From contig JAQGDQ010001036.1 in NCBI GenBank assembly GCA_030141605.1, positions 4,498 through 68,497 of the forward strand: 64,000 nucleotides of DNA, written 5' to 3'. Below are positions 12,809-24,200 of the stretch, piece after piece. A program made the translations under genes and the position numbers. Position 1 is the stretch's first letter. Each line of letters begins with the position of its first letter. A model generated the notes under the pieces. The model ran no database searches, was not told the origin of the DNA, and worked only from the letters and a program-made list of their open reading frames with translations. The stretch is from Tubiluchus corallicola (taxonomy: Eukaryota > Animalia > Priapulida).

Positions 12809-15800
12809 CCACAACCACTGCAAACATCCACACAATTTCTATTTCAGCTTTTCTCACAATACGAGGTTACATACACTACCCATTACAGAAAACAAATTTT
12901 TTGATACATGTAAACAAAATTCTAGGTTCTTGTATGGGGACATTTGGCCCCGGCAAGCCGAATGGTGGAAAAATGGAAACAACTTTTGGCTAAATATGAA
13001 AAACAATTGTGGGATAATTAGTTCCTAAACTGAACAACAAGATTTAGCGCTGTTCGCAGAAGTTAGATGATTCATCAAACATAGGGTCAGAACCCCACTT
13101 CCTGCATGAAAGACCCGCATTTTTGACATTCACAATGGCGAGTGTTTTTATGTGGCTACACAACGGCAGTGCAGTGCATCCTGTTCCACCAGGTGGCAAG
13201 AATGTTTTGAATTTTAAGTATTTTCCTTTCTAATTATATAAGTCCTTTAAACAGATAAGCATAATGCTAAGTAATATAACTTTCTATGGAAAATCTGTCC
13301 TAGCACATTTTCAAACCAGCACCTATCCAACTGCTGGTCAATACTCTCTCTGCTTAACTTCTTCTCACAGTGATTCTGAGCTAAATCGCAGGGAGAATAT
13401 GAAATCATAATTGTTAGAATGTGCAAGACTGCGTTTAACACTTTCAGGCTTCAAAGTTCCCCGCCCTCACAAACCCCAATAGTTTAACCCTTAGCCAGCC
13501 AGGGGGTTTTTATATTACGATAATGACCAAGCGGGGTAAAAAATTACCACATGAAAGTTTTGCTTAATATGTGTTAGTATCTGGATAGAATGACCAATTA
13601 GGAATTGAGGTGCTCCTATTTGTACAAAACCAAGTTCTCTGGCAAGTTGGCATAGATATATGAGGGCACCAAGGATAAAAAGAGGCTTTCACTGTTGCAG
13701 TATATTGTTTATGCTATATTATTTATGCTTGCAAAAATTTTTGTAATAGCCTAATGATGTTCACTGTTTAGTTCTAAGGCATCCACTTCAATTGCTGATC
13801 TTCTCAAATTTCATCTTCATCAGCTTCAAACTTAATCACCTGTACAGTTAAAGTTGCCACTATATTACTAAACGAAGAATGTCCACAAACTTTAGTATGA
13901 AATTTTCTCAACAGATCGTTAGAAAAATCTGTTTGCAGAACTGCAAGCCGAATTGGAGGTTTGCAGCACTTCTCAGTAAAAGTAAACACACATGGTGTTG
14001 ACAGAAAGAAAAACACTGCAAAGTAAATTCCAAAATTTTGCCTACATAAAAGACCTATGGGGTAGTAAGTTACCCCGTGTCAGGTCGTATCTGGCACCCG
14101 TGCTTTGCGAAAAGGCGTGAATAATACTTTTCAACAAAACCAAGGTATGGTTGCATAAGAAACTGAAAAATATTTGTTCACTACTAGTTTGCAAATTTCT
14201 CATAGTCTGCATCAAAATAAAAATGAGAGCTAACACTCCCGAGGTATTTTTACCCCACCGTGGTCGGTTAAAGGTTAAGCCACCTCCAGTATCCCAATTG
14301 TCCATTTTTTCAGGTTACAACCACTTAATGGTCATACATGCAAACAGAACTGAGCAGAATGTAAGCTCATGTTTAAGCTTTCTAGTACTGACCGAGGGTC
14401 ACTTATTACGGGGATCATGCAACTGTAACTTACCATAATGTTGGATAAATTTTCTTCTTGGCCAAGTCACCCTGAAATGATAAAGAATGACCTTCCGGTA
14501 AAACATGCAGGAAACGTGCACAAAGGGACTGTACTTCTATGTCATTATCAAAGAAATTTGAATTTTACTTTAGAACAATGTCACAGTTTCAGAAGACATG
14601 TATAAAGTAGCTACAGTATTAGCAAGAATGAGCCATAGTTTTCCAAGCCAAATCACTAAAGATTTAAACATTATCAGTTTTTATGTAAAGCAACTTATTC
14701 AGGACCATTCAGGAAACTTGTTATGATGGCTACATTACTACCATCAATTATATTTAAATGTTCTATACAATTATAGTTATTACTACAAGTATAGTGTATA
14801 ATTTAATCTCTTCTCCCCCACTTAAATTTGGGTACATATATGTGTATATGTATATCATTGTATATACAAGTAAGCAATATGGTACATTGTAATACAAGTA
14901 AGTGGTGCATTGACAGATAATCACGTAATTCATATTCGTAACTATTTAAAAAAAATTCACTCTTTAAGGGTCACTCAAAGTCGTAATTACATATTATGTT
15001 TTCCTTTCTCAACTTTCAGGTTTATTGCTCTTATACCATTGCTATTATTACATCATTTACTTCATCCTTATTTACATTAAGTTATCTACAGAAGCATGCA
15101 TAACTATAATCATTTTTTCATTTAAGTAAGATGAGTGTGTTAACCTGCCCTGACCTAATGACCGTATGGTCGTACACTCTCCTCGCACTACTCAAATTAT
15201 TTTACTTAAAGTTTATTAATGTGTTTGATATTATATTTTTGATGTGTGAAATAAAATTCATAGTTCATAGTAGTTCATAGACAAGATCATGAGGGGGCCT
15301 CAGAAGGAACCACCCTCTAACTCGCCCACACGTATCTTAAATATTTTTTACTCGTGATGTATTTTAAGCGACATTTACACAGCTTAAATTAAATTATTGC
15401 AAATTCTTTAAATAAACTAGAATAACCATCTTTTGTTTGTCGATAAAAACATTCTTTACCAAATACCACTATTTTACTATTCATTGCAAACAAGATTAGC
15501 ACATATTTCAACACAGTTGATGTGAAAAACAGATTTTTTACAAAGTATTACCAAATCCCGGAGGGGGGGGGCAAGCTTGAGGGGTTTTATGATGCAGTCT
15601 ATACTACCCTGGATAATTCTGCCCTGGGTAATTATTAGCAACAAGAATGAACAAGTATGGCAAATTTAGATCTACAGCCCAGCATTACTACAGCTGTAAT
15701 TCATTTAGAGAAAACTGATAGCATCAAAACTAGGTCTGCCCCCTGGTCAAGGCTTGCTAGCTGTGTAAAGAAAAAAAACTGCTGACTCATGATTCACTAG

Positions 15801-16862
15801 GTACAGCTAGGCAGCAACGTTCAGTATAGAGATTAGTGAAGCTATTGGCTCTTGTTTATTCACTGAAGAACCTGAAAATGACGGCTGGAAAGATTTTGAC
15901 AGCAATTGTTAGTGAAATTGGTCACTGCTACACACAGGGAATGGTAACACAAAACTCTTTGCTGTTAAATAATTTAATCAGTTGCTCAAAACGCCTTTAT
16001 AAGTTAGTAACATAATATAATGCTAGACTAGTGACTTCAAAACAAAGTAAGCTTTGGCATGAAATCTAAATGCTATTTTTAGTTTAATCAAGATTGACCT
16101 TATTTTGTTGCCCGCTAATTAAAGTACATGTATTCAACATGGGGGTTCAAGGGGAGCCAGCAACAAATTACAATTTTGTGACCGTAGAGAACCTCTAAGT
16201 GGACTTAAAATATCAATTACCTTGTTTCATGCATAATTTAAAATACCCAACTATCAAGGATACATGATACCTAATTGTGTCAAAAATGCCTAAGTACTGG
16301 CTGCACCTATGCAAAAGTATATAAAAACTGTCTGCAATTGACTCAAATAACTCCACACAAGTGATTCCATATTTTTATACACAGAGATATACACGTGGTT
16401 ACATTGATGTACGTGATGTAAACTAAGTGACGGCCTGCCAACTAGCGGTCAGCTTGTGAAATAATGTACTGGGTCTGTAAAAATTTTCTCAACAAATTTG
16501 CGCGGTTTACAAAAATGGCACTACTGGTCTTCCAAAAACTCGGAATTCCGCATATCCGCAAAAAATTCTCATCCCTGTACAAAGCTGATGTTTCACACTT
16601 CTATACTAATAATGCTACTTCTGTCGGGTTAATAGGTTCACTCGGTTAACTGGGTCAAAATACTTCCATCCCAAAGCCAGTCTGTTAAGCGGCGCCTACC
16701 ATAGTTCATTTTGCAAAACTGTGCAGAGTATTGGAAATGCAATTAAGAGCTACGAAAACTCACCGACGCGCCCATGATCACGAATACATGAGGAATGTGT
16801 AGCTCTTCATCACACAAATCTTTTCTAATCAGTTCAACGCCAGTCTGTTCCCCGGTGGCCAT
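253..16862 (-). CDS. G6PD: Glucose-6-phosphate 1-dehydrogenase, second copy, exons 1-10 (last two exons would lie left of the window)
   Basis: Mirror exons 16764-16862, 14434-14471, 12095-12203, 11319-11536, 6955-7113, 5997-6122, 5103-5196, 4069-4195, 2795-2884, 253-458. No coding difference from the right copy seen. Confidence 0.95.
472..939. mobile_element. Non-autonomous DNA transposon family A (CAGGGAT...ATCCCTG), 6-bp TSD; mirror 58565..59032
   Basis: Termini cagggataaaaat / attctcatccctg, flanked by aaacac on both sides. Several related copies in the window. Confidence 0.8.
1543..2047 (-). mobile_element. 5'-truncated LINE 3' end with 12-bp TSD; mirror ~57460..57961
   Basis: taatcttcgtta at 1531-1542 and 2048-2059. 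Minus strand encodes [32 protein letters not shown], resembling a LINE ORF2 C-terminus, with AATAAA near the end. A related uninterrupted site is at ~2300-2360. Confidence 0.7.
1637..1858. repeat. 74-bp tandem repeat x3 inside the LINE fragment
   Basis: aacatttacagtaaga... starts at 1637, 1711 and 1785. Confidence 0.9.
2444..2746. mobile_element. Family A element, internally deleted; mirror 56761..57063
   Basis: cagggatgagaat...attctcatccctg with flanks gtaatt/ctaatt. Confidence 0.8.
3058..3462. mobile_element. MITE-like element with imperfect terminal inverted repeats
   Basis: aataagccttttcactgtt ... aactgtgaaaagttcttatt. Confidence 0.5.
6150..6370 (+). mobile_element. Degenerate 5S rRNA-derived head with short body and (GAA)n run (SINE3-like or 5S pseudogene); mirror 53137..53357
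   Basis: ggttcttgtctgatcagtgaagttaagcaaaatagagcctgcttagtacttggatg...gaataccaggtgctgtaggct follows the animal 5S rRNA sequence with many substitutions. Confidence 0.7.
6395..6465 (-). pseudogene. tRNA-derived remnant (probable SINE head); mirror ~53042..53112
   Basis: Minus strand caggttcgaatcccactggtgtcc is a Pol III B box/T-arm; 5' half degenerate, no full cloverleaf. Confidence 0.5.
6649..6787. mobile_element. Family A minimal element (139 bp); mirror 52720..52858
   Basis: Both termini present; flanks aaaaaa/aaaaaa. Confidence 0.75.
8465..9686. repeat. 41-bp minisatellite, about 30 copies, in G6PD intron 4
   Basis: Unit aaatgtgtatgaacaggtggaaaagtattgaagaacttgct; acttgct at 8481 and 8522; head-to-tail with no spacers. 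Confidence 0.95.
9879..11308. mobile_element. Degenerate Tc1/mariner-like non-autonomous element; mirror ~48199..49628
   Basis: TA-flanked imperfect termini tcgggtggagcataaaaaacgtgccaaag / ctttggcacatttttttgtgtcaacttata; interrupted by a piggyBac-like MITE. Confidence 0.5.
10271..10888. mobile_element. piggyBac-like MITE; mirror 48619..49236
   Basis: TTAA|ccctttcactacg ... cgtagtgaaaggg|TTAA: perfect 13-bp inverted termini with TTAA target. Confidence 0.85.
11733..11986. repeat. 21-22-bp tandem repeat, about 12 copies; mirror 47521..47774
   Basis: Unit aaaaa(a)cacaagcttaagatg(c/t). Confidence 0.9.
12305..12812. repeat. Compound microsatellite (TATG)n then (CAT/CAC)n
   Basis: Directly visible; explains the MYVC, poly-His, poly-Ser and poly-Ile ORFs. 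Confidence 0.97.
13488..14274. mobile_element. Older piggyBac-like MITE; mirror 45233..46019
   Basis: TTAA|cccttagccagcc ... ggtcggttaaagg|TTAA; imperfect termini. Confidence 0.55.
16141..16577. mobile_element. Family A element lacking one terminus, in G6PD intron 1; mirror 42930..43366
   Basis: Highly similar to ~520..939; ends attctcatccctg. Confidence 0.75.
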
Positions 16863-19800
16863 GATGTCTTCAACGGATATCGATGGACGGTGTAACAGGT
16901 AGTGAAATACAATAGTCTACTATGAATAAAATGTTTTTTTTGTCAAACATTTAAATAAAAATAGGCATATTTTCCACCCAATATACACAGTTCAAATTAA
17001 ACCGCACAAAACCTTATAGTTACATCCTAACACGTTAGTCAACATAATACATAAACAGCACATATATAACACAAATACATAACCAGATAATGTTCTCATA
17101 CATGCATTTGTACTGGAAATCTTGCATTAGCGTACTTAGCAGCCTTCGCTTGTTGTCGACTTTGGCCACCTTGTAGTGATTTTTGGCCTAATCACGTGAT
17201 CACTTTGATCTGCGTCAGAGGCCTACTGTGAAGTGAAGACGTGTCATGATAAGTTATATGATATTGTCGTTATCTGTTTACAATTGCTCATGATCTGGGG
17301 CTAATAACACATGTATATCCTCTAATTACTTTAAAAAACTTAAATTTAGTTTAAAATAATGGCTAGGTATTAATTAATACGACAGTGCAGTGTATAACTC
17401 TTAATTATGTAAAATTGACTTTTGGCTATTGTTATTTTTTATTTGTTATTTGTTGGCACTAATTTCTTATTATGTTTAGATGGAATGACATGTTTTGGGT
17501 AATAAAGAGCAAAATTTAATCGAGGCTTTGAATTTCTATTTGGCTTTTGAAAGCCCAAACAGGATTTGACATATAATTCAAAAATTTAAAAAGAAATACA
17601 GAGCAATGATTCTCAACAAGTACAACACTTCCTAATTTCCCACACCTACTGCAGCAATCATACCACAATCCTGGTACAGATTATGCAAAACAAGGCATCA
17701 TTGATAAATCTTTAGAGCTGATGTCAACATAGCACAATCTATTATCTTTCTTCCTACCATTTCCACTAACACATCCTTCTACCCTTCCTGTGTGGTCTAA
17801 CCTTTCTCCCAGTTCTTTTTTTTGTTCACTCATCCATTCTTTTTTTATCGTGTTTACATGACAGTGGGCTTATACAAGCCTTTGCTTCTCTAGCCCTACT
17901 GCAGTACAATTATTCTTTTATGATAACGATAGTGTATGAAAGATAACAATTTAATACAGTATGATGTAATAATTTTGATGTCACTGTGTGTTTAATGTCA
18001 CTATAGTGTACTGAATGTGATAATAATAATAAATAAAAAAATAAAAAACTATTTCTCACGAAAAAAATAAATGATTACAGCAAATTTGGCAAAAGCACGA
18101 GTGCGTTCATTTAGGTGAATTGAAAATTTAATTGCTGTAAATTTAATTGTGACACACAAAAACCTTCCCGGTATTTATTTTTTCACTTGTTGTTCAAAAT
18201 CTTCTGTATCTTTAGAAAAATCTAAGGAAGCTTTTGGTATTTATATATGCAAGTGCAGCATCAGTGTGTGGTAATTCTTACACACATCCAGCATTTTCAT
18301 CTTATAATATCATGATAAAAATTCGGCACATGTTTTGCACCAAATGATATTTTACGTGTAACTTGTAAAGAAGAGCTAAAACTACCTCAAGGTTAGACAA
18401 AACATGTAGGCTATGGTGTAGGACCTGCAGATATAACTGACAACCTGCCGCATGTTTTATTCAAATGTAGCTATAACAGCATAGGCCTAGTAGTTATTAG
18501 AAATTATGACACAATACTTTCCAATCTTCAGTTAAACGTACAACACAGTTTTAGTCAATCTAGGAAATAGTGGATTTACAGCAACAAAATTAAATAGTAT
18601 AAAAACAGTGTAACAGGGTCACGCAAGACAAATGGAAACCTCATAAACGTTGGTAAGCATGAAAGTTTCATATTCTGAAAGATGTACTACTACTAGTTTG
18701 CTATACTGTCCATTTTAATTAATATTTATAATTATCAAACTGATCACTGGCACGCTAGTCAATTTTTTTGATGTCCAGTTTACTGCTTTGTTTACCTATC
18801 TTGGTGGGAGATTTTTTTTAATTATAGAAATCCACATGCCTAATATCTGTAGTTTTAGATGTAATGAGCTTTCGAGGTTGTAACTGACACTAGAACCAGA
18901 AAACACCCATTATATGCATTATAACACCTTCTGTAGGTAAACACAGTTTATCAAGATTCAGCCGCATTTTGGATAGCAGTCAGATGTGTACACTAATACA
19001 CTAACCGCCAAGGCAAACACAGGTCAATTATCTTGAGTTCCAGTCCTACATATTCTAGTAAAACCACAACATCAATGATAACAACTAACAACACGAACCG
19101 AAAGCAAAACAAAAAGGGATCCACAAATTCCAGCAACAATCACTGACATTCATTCAGTCTTTAACGTGTATAGTATCGGCTTACGATTAGCCTACAGCTG
19201 CAGCCACGAATGCTCGAGTAATTACAACGCTTCTTCACGGCGAGCCACGCGTATCATGAAAACAAAAATTTTAATAATAAACGATAGAAACGTGACAGAC
19301 TAGCTGCTAACACCTTGAAAGCTTCGCCGGAATCTGGACTTGCTTTACTTGCTGCAGCTCGAGCAGCTGATGTACCTGGCTGACCAGCCTTTCTGAGAAT
19401 TAAAAGTTGAAAAAGTTGAAATTTTGGAAACCCAGACACACGCCGATTAGTTCTACTTACTTATGCCCATTGCTCACACATCTGTTTGTACAAGTATTAT
19501 AATTACAAACTTTATACAGATTTGCAATTATTATAAAAACAAGCAAAACTTTTATCTGCAAATGGAATGAAAAGTTTTGATAAGCTATGGCTACGAGATT
19601 GTTTGATAGATTTATGGCAAATGAGAGTACAAGAAAATGATTTAAATTTAATTATAAAAAGGCTACAGTGAAAATTGCCTCACCAGTTGGAATAATGTAA
19701 AAGTTTATTGATCTGGATCCCACCTTTATTTCTATTCTCGAGCAAAAGCATGAGACTGCTGACCTAAGACCTTGTGAACTGCTTCAAAATTAGCAGCGGA

Positions 19801-21267
19801 AATACTGTTCTGACTGAGACAGTCTTTTTTCCAGGCCTCACAGAGTACTTCGTGGCCATGAGTCTAAGCTAGTATTATATGCAACCAGCAGGAACCAACG
19901 TCAGATCACACTTCTTTGGGCGCCATGTAGTTCAATCATGGAATCATCTTTCATCATCAACCATAAGTGCTTCATCAGTTGACAGCTTCAAAAGGCATAT
20001 GAGAGAGGACTGTTTACAGATAGTTACCATATAGGTCTTTATTTCTTTAGATAAGGTAGTTTAAGGTTGCAGAAACAGTAAAAAGGTTACAGTGTAGGCC
20101 CAATGTGTCTCTCTTGAACTGATAAAATAAACAGCAAACAATAATAAGTGAAAGGGGTGCAGTACAGTTAAGAGTGGTGTAAGCATCGGTAGTCGAATCA
20201 TTGTAGATGATAATATCATATTGAATACGGGAACAGTGGAAACAATAACAAAAGCAATCATGAAAGAGCTGTACAAGAAGAAAGAATTACTTTTAGTTTA
20301 GTGCAGAAAAGTCCAGAATTGTAAAACAATTACATGTAAAAAAATAACAACTAAAAATGTAGATCACTATAAGTACATGTATTAGGTGATTACCTCACAT
20401 AAAAAGGAACTAGAACATGAGTATGGAAAAAGAAGTGAGAAAACTGGTTACGCGAAAAGGGGAATTATAAGTCGGAGTGATAGAAGCTCAGTAGGAGATC
20501 AGTACGTCGAAAAATAATGGATTATTAGTTTGCGAAACAATGACTATTCCTATTTTATGAACAAATATTGAAGTATGGGGAACACTAAGTGAAAATTAAT
20601 GGCAAAAAATAGAATCTTGGCAAAAGGAAATTATGCGTGGAATTTGAAACAAAGAACGAGTGCAAGTTACTATTGATTTGTGGAAAATTGCCAATGAAAC
20701 AACAGGCGCATTAATTTATAAACAGTTGCTGTCACTACGAACTTTATATTTGTCATCAAATGATTGATAGGGATGCAAAGAAAGTATTAAAAAGTAAAGC
20801 ACCAAGCAGTTTGACAGACAATATAGAGAAGCTTGCTAGTATGTATGTACAACATGAACGTAGCAGAAAATAAGCTAAAACTGGAAAAAATCCAGAAACC
20901 AGTGGCTTAGAAACTATAAAGTAATATTACTTAGCATTATGCTTTTCCTTTTTGAAAGTCTTATGTAATTGGAAGAGAAAATTCTCGATAATTTAAGATG
21001 TTTGAACTGCTGGCAAAACGGCTCTGTATTACCATCCCAGGGATATACAATTGATTTACCAGAACACATTACTGATCTTAATAACAGTATAGAAAAATTA
21101 TACATTTGCATAGTTGGCGAAGATTGTGCCATGAATTCTCTGATTATTTTTTTAAACTTTACGAAAATTTAATGTCATTACTTACGACGCACAGTTGAAA
21201 GTAGTGCGTCGTGTGTAAGTAACGATGCGTCGACTTGTGGCTAAATATCGTCATACACTACATAAAA
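16863..21267. promoter_or_regulatory. Divergent G6PD/GNS upstream region, 4.4 kb between ATGs; mirror 38240..42644
   Basis: Head-to-head orientation of the two genes; palindromic E-box ATCACGTGAT at 17191-17200. Transcription starts cannot be located from sequence. Confidence 0.5.
19760..20005 (+). mobile_element. CR1-like LINE ORF2 C-terminal remnant; mirror ~39502..39747
   Basis: Frameshifted RGHESKL ... TNVRSHFFGRHVVQSWNHLSSSTISASSVDSFKRH fits the RGH..KL..R..FF..RVV..WN.L...S...FK pattern of CR1-group ORF2 ends. Confidence 0.7.
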
Positions 21268-24200
21268 ATGGCAGCGACCAGTGGGGGGAGTATTTTTGTT
21301 AAACATTTTGTTTATAGTTTTATTATAATTACAGCTTCAATGGGTTCATCAAATAGTTATTACGAAGACGACATTTTTGCAAACAAACCACCGAACATCA
21401 TACTGATTGTGACCGACGATCAAGATGTGACGCTAGGTGGGATGGTAAGTAATTATGCACAATCCTACTCGCACTAGTTGACATAATTATCACTTTATTT
21501 TGACAAAAATGCATGACACACCAAAGACTAACGATTGTCCAGAATAAAAACTGTCAGCATCAGTTAGTTATTTTGGTAAAATTGCATGACACCACAAAGA
21601 CAGTTAAGGTTGTACAGAATAAAAAAATGATTATAAATCCGACTTTTTCAAATTTCCCGACCTAAACCATAGTAGGCCCAATCGGAACTGCACTAGGCCT
21701 AACTGAAAATAAATGGAATCGGCAGTAGGTCTACAACAAAAGTACAAGCACAACCAAGCAGCAACTAAACAAAGTCAGAGCAGCAAATGTAATTTAAATA
21801 AGAATGTATTGCAAAGATGGCAATATCTCAACACCTACCTGTTGCCAGTCGTTGTCTTCTTCCATAGGCTGTTGCAAGTTGAACATCTTAATAGTGCTGG
21901 ACTTTTCAAATAATTAAAAAATCATGTCTCTCGAAAACATCGACTTTTTCACGGTTCTGGTAAAAAGCTTACGACTATTTGGTAAGGCACTTCTTGGTGT
22001 CTTTATGGGTGTATTTGGTGCGATTCATGTTGTGCATAAGTTTCGTGATAGTATTACCATGGTAACTTATTTGAGCCAGGTGCCAAAATTTGCTAGCTTG
22101 CTGAATGCATGTTGCTGGGTCTGCACTGAACAGTAAAATCAGGAGACAGAATCAATAAAATCTTCTTTTCCTGTAGTGTGGATAGGTGGCTGTAAATGCA
22201 GTAATATTGTGCATAATGCATTCAGCATCATTTACCTTAACTGGAGCTGTCTAAAACACACGCAGTAAGCATTCACAGCAGCTCATGAACATTGGGACAT
22301 GGATGCACTGTAGATGATCAATTAAGTTGTTGGTTAGATGGCATCCTTCTGTCTCAGAAGACAATGGTGTGTGCGCCAAGAGAGTTAGTTATTGATCACA
22401 TTGATGGAGCTGCAGCTTCGACTGTGGCTGAGCAGTGCGATCCTTGAGCGTCTCCAGGACGCACGCCTGGGCAAGGTGTATGGAGATCCTGAGTTGCCCA
22501 GACAGCAGGAACCCCCTGTCTTCCTCGCTGGTGTAGTCCAAAGGAAAGCGGAGCGATAAGTCATAAGTCAATGCGACAAATCACGTTGAAAACACCAGTT
22601 CTCGTCTGATCACCGAAGTTAAGCAACGTAGAGCCTGGTTAGTGCTTGGATGGGTTTTCCGCCTAGGAATACCAGGTGCTGTAGGCTTGCGGGATGCCCA
22701 CACTGTATCTCTACATTAGGCGAAGGAGCTGTACAAGCAGCCAACGGCTAGAAGGCGGAGGAGGTCAAGTGACCCAACAGCCATGTGTAGAGGAGTAAAC
22801 CTTCCAAATCAGGAGTGGAACCCCGAAAGCAGACCAGTGCAGCATGCTCACTGACTCCGGCAGCTCCTGCAGCCAACCTGGTGCCAAACGTATCGCTCCG
22901 CTTTCCTTTGGACTACACCAGGGAGGAAGAGTCGGGGTTTCTGCGGTCTGGGCAACTCAGGATCTCCATACACCTTGCCCAGGCGTGCGTCCTGGAGACG
23001 TTCAAGGATCGGACTCTCTTGGCGCACATTCCATTGTCTTCCGAGACAGAAGGATGCCAACAACAACAAGATTATCTAAAAGGTCCCTGTCCGAAGGTAC
23101 ACCATATTGTAACACACAAACAAAAAAAGATGTGTGTAAAATTTTCTTATAAAACGTATGCCCAAAAACACAAACGTAGGCTAAAACGATCTCTAAGTTT
23201 TTTATTATTTATTTATTTTCGGCTGTAAAATTATTCGAAACCGCTTTTAATTGCACATTATTGTTGTGGAGATCGCTGCCATCTAGTAGAATTAAATAGA
23301 ACATTGTAGAATGTTCCATTAGAATAATCGTCTTACCTTGTAGAATGTTCTAGAAAGAAACGTCTAGAATGTTCCCTGGCACCCTATATATGGCGAAGCA
23401 GGCCGCTGAGACAGACACACGCTGATTCACACGGACACACACTTACACATTCTCCTGTATACCTACATTTTCAGATACACTTAAGCGTTTTCCAGATTTT
23501 CACGTTTACTGTAATCATTTCGTGTTCCTTCATACTTTTGTATTGTAGAATTCTCGCTTAATAAACTAGTTTAATTTGGCGAAGTGTTTTCTGGTTTTCT
23601 CTACGAGCCTTCCGCGAGAAACAAAACACAACAATTACGAAAACCTGATAGCCAATATTTGCAAATATCAAATATTTATAAATAACTGGGTAACATCAGA
23701 TAAGAGTACACTGCACAATCTCGTGAAAATCACCATTTTCGGATACGAATCGGATATCCGGAGCAACGCTAGTAATAACCAAAGATGAGTAATTTGAGTA
23801 ATGTATAAACAAAGTGGTAGTAAGGTAAGACAGCAAAATATTGGCCATTGAAAAGTCTTTAGGTGTGATAGGCTAGTATGTTATTCATTTTGTAAGCTCT
23901 TCTGTTTATTGGTGTCATTGTTTGTTTCCTTAATAAAATGTCTAATTAAAATGTCTAAATGTCTAAAATGCGGAGCATATTATGTGTAACACTATCGTTA
24001 GTTGTTAGTGCACAAGAAAAAATATTTGCTTTTCTTTCAGGATCCAATGCCAAAGACCAAACATCTAATCGGAGATGCAGGGATGACATTTACTAATATG
24101 GTATGTTCCAAAATAAGTTGGTCATAATTTAACTCACAAAGTCGGTACAAGTGATCACTTACAGTATATAAAGTATATCCGCTTTTCTAAACATTAGTTT

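Noticed and set aside
12192-13028. Poly-His/Ser/Ile ORFs of 159-240 aa, and mirrors at 46479..47315
   Set aside because: Translations of (TATG)n and (CAT/CAC)n microsatellites that are open in several frames; intronic.
22570-22688. Functional 5S rRNA gene
   Set aside because: Altered 5' end, substitutions in the internal control region, no oligo-T terminator, and fused to a repeat body.
22389-23228. ORFs sharing LRFPLDYT...[18 protein letters not shown] as a small gene family
   Set aside because: They are chance frames in two inverted copies of the same SINE-like body, mostly with non-ATG starts.
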